NCBI GenBank assembly: GCA_002633005.1
Contig: NMRA01000769.1
Coordinates: 1 to 64,000 of the forward strand
From: Phoronis australis
Lineage: Eukaryota > Animalia > Phoronida
Direction: 5' to 3'
Length of the DNA: 64,000 nt
How positions within the stretch are numbered: the first letter of the stretch is position 1; the number at the start of each line of letters is the position of its first letter. Below, one piece after another: positions 27,201 to 39,200 of the stretch. Below the pieces are notes generated by a model, which was not told the DNA's origin, searched no databases, and worked only from the letters and a program-made list of their open reading frames with translations. The position numbers and the translations under genes are program-made.

Positions 27201-30200
27201 CTGGACAAAGTAAAAGGGGCTGGTACAAAATATGGTACTATATTCCACCTTTCCTCCTTCAGGTCTCTAGGTAATCCATCGTTATAACCCGTTTTGATAA
27301 CTGGGATTTTCCACCGACTAAAATCAACGACAGCACCTCAGCCTGATTTCAAACAGCATACCACTACTCCATTTTTGATCGAGGTTCAGATTGTTCTTCA
27401 AGAATTTTGAATGTACACACAGTCTTAAGGACATTCCGAGACTTTGTTTCTGTGAAGACTTCCAGTCACTTGCTGGTTTCTTTGACTGGACAGTAAACGG
27501 AGATTAGAGAACACAGCTTCCCGCATGTTCGAACAGTATCTCGATATCTTTTGCCAGAGTTCCTGAAGTTTTTGGTCAACTTTATTTTTTGATTAGAGCA
27601 AAGTAAAGCACGTTATGACATTATTTGAAATTTTGTTTCATAGCGGAGTGATTAATTGATTAATGGGCATTGTCTAAAAAGTCTTACGTAATAAAAATAG
27701 TCGCAGGCCTGGTGGTCCCATTACACTGATAACCTGGAATGATTATATGCTTCAATATTATAAGTTTAAAGTCGTACAAATTATTCCAATGCATTTTAAT
27801 GAGTAAGAATTGTTTTGCAGTTTATTAAGTGCTCAGCGATCGCAATTTCTTCAAGTTATCTTATTATAAATAACTCTTTTTCAGAAGTTTTATCAACAGA
27901 TGAGTTGGACATCAAGATTGTTAGGGTCGAGCAACCTTTATTAATGCATGCTGTCCGTGAAGAGTTTGAAGATGGAATAGTTTATTTGCATCACCAAAGA
28001 GTGTGTGTGGAAACAAGTGAACGCAAGTTTACATATCCTGTGGAAATGAGGGTGGACGTCAGCGACATTTTAAAACAACTGAGTAATGACAAAGATCCGT
28101 CTAAATTCTTCATATTTAGATTATTCAATGGCGAAGTAACAGACATCACTCTTGAGAGCAAGGCTCAGATGCAAAGCCAGGAATTGGTTTACTACTGTCT
28201 TCAGTTTTCCGAACATGTGATAGGATGGACCAAATATTTTGGCAGAGTTTTTTCTTTTATACGAGACTACTTGAGAGGGACATTTAGGGCTAAATTGTGT
28301 CCATCTGCGAAACAGAAGAAATTCGGTGTATCCCTGAGTTTGCTGTGTCATGTAGATGGATCAAACTGCCCCGAGCATCAGTGTGAGCGGGAATACCCGA
28401 GTGAAGTGCACTGCCAGCAGAAAATAATGTTTTTGGCCCGCATTATATGCAAAGATGGAGACATAGAGAAGGAATCGGTACTGATGAATGTTGACAGAAA
28501 AAAATGTGAACAGACAGGAATGGTCATCGATGCTTGGCAAAGAATTGAGGAAGACAAGCTTGGAGACGATGTTTTAATGGAGGTGTCCCAGCTGTCGAAC
28601 GGCAACAAGGTGGTCCTATATTCAAGGGAGGTCCAGGTAAGTGCAAAATGCATTGAATCACATGTTTATATTCATTACAATGTTTTACCTGTTTTTCATT
28701 ACTGTCGTCCGACTACAGGTCTGGCCCTGTATGACAATTCAGATTTTTTTAAATTTGGATCTCAATAGCGCTTTCGCACCCCTGCACGTATAATTAATAA
28801 AAGATTTGCCAACAAATTTCCGCAAAAAATGCTGAAAGGCTTCATCCCATCGTGTGTCTGGTTTGACCTATTCACTGTCCATCATACAGTCGGTTTATAT
28901 TAATTTTATCTGTTTTTGTGCTCACTCCATGTGGCAGAAGAGTTCCTTTTTGAAGACACGGACAACTTATTTTCAGTCTGGTAATCCTATCTTGATATTT
29001 ATCTAAATCTTTGATGGGAGTTTTGGAATTTTGAATATGCGATTGAGACGTTATTTTATTGGGAAGTGCAAGACTGGTTTTGATTTTCGGGAGCAACCCA
29101 TTGCTATAATGTCCCCAAGGGGCAAATTCCTTTCGATTCAGTTATCATTCTGCTCAACTCGTACGGTGAACAGCTAGATAACTGTATCCGATGCTTGCCA
29201 TCGTAAGCTGTGCTAAACATTTACTAACAGGACCGACGCCTAGATCAGGAAACATGTTAACACATTTTGTTTTCAATTGCTATAAACACTGGCTTTAAAT
29301 TGACACACAAAAGCGGTTTTGGATTCTGATATCGTCCAGTGAAATAAGCATATCAAATTACATTCAGTGAAGACCCAAAATACACACCGGATATCCGCAC
29401 ACCCAGTCAGGCACCGCCATATCTCGCATGATAGCAGTCCTCAGTAAGTAAAGAAATCAAAACTCAATGTCCCACTTCCCTTAAACGTTAAGTATTTGGA
29501 GTTTAAAGACGCAGTCTATTTTGCACTAATGGTAATTATCCCGTACAAAATTTAAAAAGGCGTCAACACCCATTTCCCTCTGTATTTTCAAAATAAATTC
29601 ACGGAATGTACCGAAAACGGCGTGCATGAAAAATTATGCCACGTGACATTATTGAGCGTATTCGACCGTAAGGGTCTTCAAGGGCAAACTTGAACTAGAA
29701 ACTCCTATGCATGAACTACAGTGTATAATGTAATCGAGCACAGTCTGACAACCAATTATCTTAAGTTCGCACAAAAGGAGCAGAGAAATTGCCAAAAATA
29801 GCTTCGAGTTCGTTTCGACTACAAAGATTAGAGACCGGGTCCCGATTGTTTTAGTTCTTGCACTTCGAATTCGTGTTCTTTTCCATTTTGGGATGTTTAA
29901 ATACTTCGCCCGGACTGTTTACGTGGGGAATCACTTCCTGTAGTGTGTGTACGTGCGCGTTATGTTACAAATTTGCTATAGTAAAATAAAATGGTTTATT
30001 AATTGAAAGGGGTAAAAATGCGAAAACGGCAGGTATTGTGCATTGAACTTGTATCAAAAATCGTAAATAAATAAATAACAGTAGTATTTATACCACTGTA
30101 AAGTGATTTGCAGTTGCACTCATAGGGTACAGTAGCTACACTCATTCATAAAACTGGGTCATTATAAAACTGGGTCATTGACCCGAGCGTATGGTCGACT

Positions 30201-33200
30201 GTTCATAGTGCTGCAGTTTCATTACTTGAAACTATTTTGGTTACCGACGCCCGAATAGATGTCAACACTTGTCAATGACACCTTAAGTTCGTGAAATCGC
30301 AAGCGAAATTGTGTTTTAAAATTTTGTGTGATAATATGAAAAGTGAAAGCAACGTCTTCCTCATCACGTATTATGTTTTCAACAAAGAATCTTGGATAGA
30401 ATTCTATTGCACAATATAATCTGGAATAATCTAATCTTGGTCTGTTGCAATAGGATAAGCAAGAGAATCCACATATATCTTGCTATTGTTTATCAAAACC
30501 TAGTTCAGATTACCATCTTAAATAGGTCCCTGAATCTTGGTAAAACGTTTTGAAATATATTGACATTCCTCTAGAGGCAAGAACATATACATTTTTAACT
30601 TTCAAAACAGTCAAATGTCTGGCCAGGGTAACTCTGCTAAAAGGTGTCGCCCCAGCCACGTTTACTCTTGAACTATGTCTCGACAAAATTTGTGTCTCTC
30701 TTATCTTCGATAAAAACTATGCGCCTTTAAAATTGTGTTGAAAATCAAGTCTAAGAAGTTCTTTCCACCAAAGCCTTTTTGGTGGCAATTTTGTCAAGTG
30801 TATAGTACAGGAACGCCGCAACCACGATAAAAATCAAGATTTTGCGAGGTTACCTCAGATATTGCCATGTATTTTTTTAATTCAAAAATTAGATCTTCAC
30901 TGGATTTAGCGAGGCCCTAGTGTACTGTGGGTACTAGCGTTACTGACTATTAACTTTCTTATCAAACCTAACTGTTTTCATGATTTTGACATGATCATCA
31001 AGGCCAGAAAACATGACAAACATGTTCTTGCAAACTTAGCGACTTTCAACAGGGATAGTTCTTCTCCGTTATGCAGCACATTCCGACTTTATCAAACGGT
31101 AATACCTGAAGGTTTACACGGGTGCCATTTCCCTATTGGTGGGTAGTGTCCAGTTTGCCAGATGTGTTTATTATATTCAAATTAAACATAACTTTGATAT
31201 TAAGGTTACCATGAAGTGTCCAATTGTTACTGCAATTTTGAGAATTTATTGCAAGGGAGCCGCTAAACCCACTTTAAATAAACTTGTATTTATGAAAAAC
31301 AACAGTCCATTTCATTTTCTACAAATTCTGATAATTTAGTAGGATGGTGGTGCAGGACAAGCCTATATTCATGTTAACAGCTAGAGATTGATCAAAACGA
31401 CAGTAGTATGGCACGTGTCAAACTGTGTCCATTCTCCTCTTTACACGTCAAAACAACATTTTCTTCAACTTAATGTAAATACTGTGGTCAAATTTGAATA
31501 ATGTAGGATACAGAATTCACAAACTAGGGATTGGAAGTGTTTCCTTTAAATGTTATGTAAAAAATATTACAGTACCACACGAACGATGTATTCTGTTAGC
31601 AAAGCAGAGTTCTGGGCAAAGTGACTTGTATAGAAAACTGGTTTAATCCAAACCTGAATGCTAGCTGGGTTCTATATTTCCAGATTCTAAAACACACGAT
31701 TCCTGAATCACCTTCAACATCTGCTTGTCCTCCGTCAGAACAACGTAAGTACATTTCAACTCAATTCTTTTGATACCAACACGTTTGCTGTAGACAAGTC
31801 GTGATGGTAGAAACTGACATACTTTAACTACACAATTGTTTGTACATCTTGTTTCAGAATCTTTGCCTACAGCGCCACCACTTGGACCGGATGTGGAAGC
31901 GAGTCAAGTCGAACATCTTCACCAGGCTGGCAAGGACGTTCTCACCGTATATTGTCACAGAATGCTGGCTGATGCATGTGCCTCTATAGCATTGATTTCA
32001 GGTTCAAACAAAAGTGGCACTGGTTTTCGTGTTGGCTCACAATATTTGATGACCAACTGGCACGTGGTGGAGGACTTTGTATTCCTGGGTTAGTACAATT
32101 TCTATTGATACTGTATGTCTGTGCCATGTCTGTCTAGTGGTCTCAAAAACTGCATATACATAACGAGCGGTGTTCCGTTTTAGTTTACAATTAGAATCTT
32201 GCCGGATTAAAGTATCTTCCGGACCTATTGTTATTCCAAAGCTCTGGATCAACAGCTACCAGTTGACTTGTATTATGCGAGCAGTTTCTCTTCGGCTTCC
32301 TGACGGAGCAATAATCCTGCCTTTTCACAGGGCGACACTATGTTGACTTCAAGAGTAACGCATCAACCGTTTTAGTCTAACTTGTAGACATACGTAAACC
32401 TTCATCTTATTCTCTCACGATTGGTAGTGCTGGCTGTAGCAGAGTAGGTACATGTATCACGAACACAGCTGGTCCACCTCAAAAACCATGGGCCAAACTG
32501 CTCACCTGTCCTCCGCAAACAGCGCACTCGGCAAAATCCTGCCAATCCGCGGATTGCATTCACGAAGAATTGAGTATAAAAACACATAAGTCAAACCTAA
32601 AGCAATACAGAATGTCCCATAACTAAATATAAAAAAAAACAAATGCACAGATGGCACCAAGTGCCAGGTACCAAATTGTGACAACACTCTTATAACATGG
32701 CATTTATCTATTCTTTACAGTGCCCCGTGCTTTGGCAGGGGTATAGCTTGAGTTAGAGAATGAAATCTAAAAGAATTCAAATGTGCCGAACCACTATAAT
32801 CACTTGGGCCTACCACGACGCATGCTACGTATAGTTGCACGTGTTACTCCACGTGATATACTTGTGAACACTTTCACTTGGGCCAACGTCCTCAATCTGG
32901 TTGTAAAAGATACCCCAATCACACACACTGAAAGTTGACCAGCAATTTACTTTTGTTAGTGAGAATCTGAACAGTGAGTTGGGTAATTGTTCTTTCGACC
33001 AGCAATACTATAATTGGAAAAAATGAATTGCCAAGTGTCACAAAAATAAGAGCAGCTACAGACCATGTTTTTGTGTCCCAAACAATTTTACGACTCCGGG
33101 AGTTTCGCTTTCAAATCTGTACCTTTGCCTCATTTTGATGTGTCAAACCTATATTGCTTGCAATAATTCACGTAGCCAAAACCAGTTGCAACATATCACA

Positions 33201-36200
33201 CTTTTGCGCCTAAGGTTAGATACAACGCTCGGGCTGTAGCCTTATATTACTGAGCTTGATAGGGTGCAACGATGACTTTGTTCCTGACCTCAGAGTTTAA
33301 AATGAGTATTGAATACGATGATGGTACTTTTATTTTTAGCACTTACATGTATGATTGAATGTACAAATCTTGATGCAAATAGCATTAAGATCTCTAGCGT
33401 CTGGGGTCCGCTGCTGCATGACCGAAACTAGTAGCATCGTATCTTATAGGCCTACATGTATGAGGCTGACGCCAAAAGATGAGTTGAACAGTTTGGGGGG
33501 TTCAAAATAATCTGTGTCATCCACCGGTTATCATTTACAATATTGATTTCCATTTTGGCGTCGCACTTTAACAATTGCTTGATGGATCATGATGACGACA
33601 AATGTGTTTTTGATCTGGTGACCGTGGAGGACGTTGATTGGTGGATTAGTGGAGACAGGGGGTGATGTTGTTTGGTGGATAAGTGGAGACTGTAAATGAC
33701 GTAGATTCGTGGATGTGTAGGGACCGAAATTTCCGATATAATCACATCCTTTGTCAACAGAAACAGAATTAGAGTAAAGAAAGCCACGACATGACAAATT
33801 AAATCTGATATTTGACGTAATGAAAATGACACGCGATTTCGGAAAAAGAAAGGGATATAATTTAAGAAATCTATGTTCAATTCATTTGGTTCAAGTGTGT
33901 TAAGATTATGGATCTAAAATTGTTCTCTTTTGTGTCTCTGAGGGGTATTGGGGTATTGCAGTTTTTCTATAATTTGTACAAAAAGATGTTGTATATTACT
34001 GTTTTCCGAATTGAAATGGTTAGGCCTAACTATAGTATCAGAAATGCTCTAATGCATTGTGCCGAACATTTGATTGCAAAATTGAGTTCGCCCTTCAGAG
34101 GATCTGGATCACCCCATTCAGTATCAGACTTATTGTCTACATTGCTTTCTAAATAATTGAGGGTAATTAGAAATAGTCTTAAATTGTAATGAAAGACCTA
34201 TGGATTTCTGCTTGGCACTACTCTTCAATTCGCCTATGTCAAGTAAGATAATTACGTGTCATAACACCTTCCAGTTCGTGTGAGAAAAACTTGGCCTTAC
34301 ATTCCTTACTTCAATTATTACATGTCCATCATACACTGTAGGTCTAGGTGTTACTGGTAACATCAGATCTGACCAGGCGGCGAAATCGGGCAAAAAGTCC
34401 ATCGCGTTTTGGTGTTACTCTTTTATTCGTGACCTTTTTTCTTCTAAGATGGAACAAACCACTTACAAAAATTAAATATATAACACAACGTGACTAATTG
34501 CTCATCTTGCCAAGTCCGTGGATGCGACTGATCTCTTCCTTACCCCTTTCAATTCCTTGTTACTTGCCAACGACAGCGGTAACCGTGTCACCGATGTTCC
34601 CCTTGCCTTCGTTCATCCCCATAGATCGCTGTATTTTTTCGAGAATACCTTTCTATACTATCTCTACTGTCACTCAGCTCGGTAACCTGTCTTTAAGATT
34701 GGCTGATTTCTTTGTCTTTTTCAATTACCTCAGTCTGTTAATACAACTGTTGTCACGAAGCGTTTGAATTACATCAGACGATTTGTGGGTCATTTGTAAC
34801 ACAATTACATCCGGGTTTTCACTGTCCACACATTAACATGAGGTCCGCACAGATACCTAGAGGACTGAGGTCCATTTTTTCAGATGATTTTTGTTCGCAG
34901 TTTCGTTGCTCATTTTTATGCTGTCCAACTTACTTTCATTTCTTTTGCGAATGCTTCCGTAATCCACAGCTGATGTGTACATTTTGAATTAAAAATTAAG
35001 TTTTAGATGTAAGAACAGACTCACCTGTAACTGTGAACACTAGTACGTCTAGTTTGTTAGGAAAACTGCTTTAGTAACCAGCGACGACCATCTTGATTTT
35101 CCATACCACATTCTCATTCATGTATACCTAAGCATATGTTAATGTTTTACCAGATGAAACTGAAACACAAACACCAGCTGCATGTTCAAGTACAGGGGGT
35201 GACATTCCTGAAGACATAACAGGTACATCTTTATTGTTATTTTGTATTGAAACTTTGATGTAACAAAGTTGAAATGATCAATTGGGTGGACTTCGAAACG
35301 AGATGTCTGGTACCTCAAAAACAGATAGCCGCACCCAGAAAAACAGGATAGCGTGATCAAAACGGGTAGGCCGGTGTTCAAACACGATGGCCGAATAGGA
35401 AGTCTGGGCGTCTTGTTTGGTCACTGGCTAACTGGTTATAGCACCAACCAACGTGTTTTGGGTACAGCCAACTAGATTTTTGGGAGAGGCTGTCACGTTT
35501 AGAAGTTAGCAAAGACATTTTATCTGCGCCCCATTTGTTTGGTAACGCAGCCGACTGGTTTTGAATTTCTGGCAAAAGATTTTGAAGTCCGGCCATTTGG
35601 TTTTGTAACGCAGCAGACTGGTTTTGAATTGATGGCACGAGATTTTGAAGTCCGGGCTAATGGTTTTGTAATGCAGCCGACTGGTTTTGAATTTATGGCA
35701 AGCGATTTTGAAGTCCGGGCAAGTGGTTTTAAAGTCTGATCAAAATTTTCTCCACGTAAGCTAAGCTGTTGTCATCCTGAGCAAGTAAGTAAAATAAGAA
35801 GAGATACATGAAAGCGCTCTTATGATCGACAACTGGCCAAATCTACTGGAAACAAAATAAAAAACCTCGTTCTTTTTTTTAGAGTATACTCTTCTAGACT
35901 ATCTGTATAGTGTGACTCCGTCAGCTTGGTAACATGTTTCTACGAATCGCTGGTTACTTTGTCCTTCTTTGACTTTGTCTCGCGAAATCATCTGATATCC
36001 TCCCAATACATGCACGTTTTAACAGCTCGTCACGAAGCGATTGAACCACTGTACATCAGACGACCTGTGAGTCTGGGTTTTCACTGTCCACACATGTTAA
36101 TTAGCATGAGTTTGGGCAGAAGTACATGTACCTAGAGTATCGAGGTACAATTTCTTTGGTTGAGTTTTGTTTGATGTTTCGTTGATTGATCTGCTGTTTT

Positions 36201-39200
36201 TACTATCGTTTATTTTTCGATGGTTTTCATAATCCGAATAGTATGTGTATCTTTTTTGATTAAAGAAATTACGTTGTAAGAAAAGGTTCATATGTCCGTC
36301 TGAGCGCCACTAAGTTTAGTTTATTGAGAAAACTGCGTAAGTAACGGGAAACAATCTTGTCTTAGTTTGATTTTCCATGCCGCATTCTCATTCATGTATA
36401 CTTAAGCATTTGTTAATGTTTTACCAGATGAAACTGAAACACAAACACCAGCTGCGGGTTCAAGTACAGCGGATGTGATCCCTGACGACATAATTGGTAC
36501 GTATTTCTTGTTATTGTGTATTAAATCTTTGATATAACAAAGTTTGAATGAACAATTGGTTGGACTTCAAAACAAGATGTCTGGTACCTCAAAAACCGAT
36601 AGTCGCACCCAGAAAAACAGGATCGCGGGATCAAAAACAGGTAGGCCGGTGTTCAAACACGATGACCGAATAGGAAGTCTGGGCGTATTGTTTGGTCACT
36701 GGCCATCTGGTTATAACCCTGACCAACGTGTTTTGGGCACAGCCAACTGGATTTTTGGGAGAGGCCGTCACGTTTAGAAGTTAGGAAAGACATTTTATCT
36801 CCTGCCATTTTGTTTTGCAACGCAACCGACTGGTTTTGAATTTCTAGCAAGAAATTTTGAAGTCCGGCCATTTGATTTTGTAACGCAGCCGACTGGTTTG
36901 AATTGATGGCAAGAGATTTTGAAGCAAGTGGTTTTGTAATGCAGCCACTGGTTTTGAATTTCTGGCAAGCGATTTTGAAGTCCTGGCAAATGGTTTTGTA
37001 ATGCAGCCACTGGTATTGAAATACAATTTCTTCAGTTGAGTTTTGTTTGATGTTTCGTTTATTGATCTGCAGTTTTACTATCATTTATTTTTCGATGGTT
37101 TTCATAATCCGAATAGTATGTGTACCTTATTTGATTTAAGAAATTACGTTGTAAGAAAAGGTTCGTATGTCCGTCTGAGCGCCACAAAGTCTAGTTTATT
37201 GGGAAAACTGCGTTAGTAACGAGAAAAAATCTTGTCTTACTTTGATTTTCCATACCGCATTCTCATTCATGTATACTTAAGCATTTCCTAATGTTTTACC
37301 AGATGAAACTGAAACACAAACACCAGCTGCGGGTTCAAGTACAGCAGATGTCATCCCTGACGAAATAATGGGTACGTATTTATTGTTATTGTGTATTCAA
37401 ACTTTAATATAAATGTAACGAAGTCGGAATCAACATTTGGTCGGACGCAATGTCCGGTAGCTCAATACCAGATGGCCGCACCCAAAAAAAAAGTTTGACC
37501 GAATTAAGACGAACTGGATGTCCGCAGTCTTGTTTGATCACGGGTTAAATGAATACAGCACCAAACATCGTTTTTTGGGCAGGGCCAACCAAATTTTTTC
37601 GGAGAAGCCATCGCCTTTTGAAACCAGGGCAACACGATTGATCTCCGGCCGTTTGGATTTGTAGTCCTGCCTAGTGATTTTAAGTCCGGGCAAGTGGCTC
37701 TGAAGTTCTATTAAATGTTAATTCTTCCTCTCAATTAACAGTCTAAAATAAGCTAAGCTGTTCTCATGCTGTGCACGACAATGAAATCAAAAGACAAATA
37801 CGAAGGCGCTCTAGTAGATCGACATTTGGCGAAATCTATTGGAAAACAAAATATAATTCCTATGGATCGTTTGGTTATTGTTTTTAGATTACTCTTCTAG
37901 ACTATGTGTACAGTGTAACTCAGCTTGGTATTAGGTTTCTACGAATCGCTGGTTACTTTGTCATTCTTAAACGGCTTTAACAGCTGAACACAATGCCTTT
38001 GAATTGCATCAGGCAAGTTGTGAGTCTGAGTTTTCACTGTCCTCACATGCTAGTTAACATGAGAAGGGCAGCAGTACCTACATGTATGCTGTTTATACAA
38101 TCGTTCATTTTCACTGGTTTATATTGTGTATATGTTTTTGAATTAAGAAATTACGTTATCAATGTAAGAAAAGCTTCATAGGTCTGTCTGAGAGCTGCAA
38201 AGTCTAGTTTATTTGGAAAACTGCTTTAGTAACCGGAGAAGACCTTCTCTTAGTTTGATTTTCTACACCACATTCTAATTCAGGTATATTTATACATTTG
38301 TTATGTTTTACCAGATGAAACTGGAACACAAACTCCCGCTGCAGGTTCAAGTACCGTGGATATCATTCCTGGAAACATATTGGGTAGGTATTTATTGTTA
38401 TTGTATATTCAAACTTTAATATAACAAAGTTGGAATCAACTATTAGTCAGAATTCAAAACGCGATGCCCGGTATCTCCAACCCAGATAGCCGCGCACAAG
38501 AACAGATTGGTCGAATTTAAAAAAGGATTAGCCGGTCATCAAACACGATGGCCGATCTTGAAGTGGTGTTTGATCACCGGCCAACTGGTTATAACACCGG
38601 CCATCGGTTTTAGTGTACAGTCAACTAGAAGTTTACGAGATGCTGTAGCTTATTGAAATCAGGGCAACACATTTGATGTCTAGACGTTTGGTTTGTAGTC
38701 CAGTCGACTCCTTTTGAATGCGGGGGAGCAGTATTTGAATTCTGATCAACTGCTGATTCGTTCATTTGTGTAACAGTGCAAAGCAATCTGAGGTGCTGTG
38801 ATGCTATGGAAGTAAAATGATAAAATGTAAAATCCTAGCAAGGAAGCACTCCAACGGTACGACATTTGGCAAAGTACGTGTAGACTGGAAAAGAACATAC
38901 TAGGACGAAGGAAGAGACATCATGGCAGGCGAGGCCCAGGACAACAATGGCGATGTAGGAGAAAACCTCTTGCGCCTTTACATGTACATGGCTGCTATTA
39001 TTGTCAGCAATTTTGCAAAGTGGACACGAAAGTCGAACAAGAATGATCTGAGAAGAGTTCACAGTCAATAAAACAACAGTTGTTTTAAAAGCTCTTGATT
39101 AAATCCAGTACACCAAGCAGAATGAACGATACCTTGAGTCCAATTTAACTATGAGCGATGTTTTCACGAGAGTTAAAGAATGGCTATAATAAAGTTCGAC

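Larger units (their letters stand above)
34790..38900. repeat. Tandem array of four ~0.9-1.3 kb units, each a 69-nt exon plus intron with a MITE-like element
   Basis: Recurring cattct.attca.gtata...tgttttaccagatgaaactg at 35154, 36428, 37303 and 38315 (spacings 1274, 875, 1012). Confidence 0.9.
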
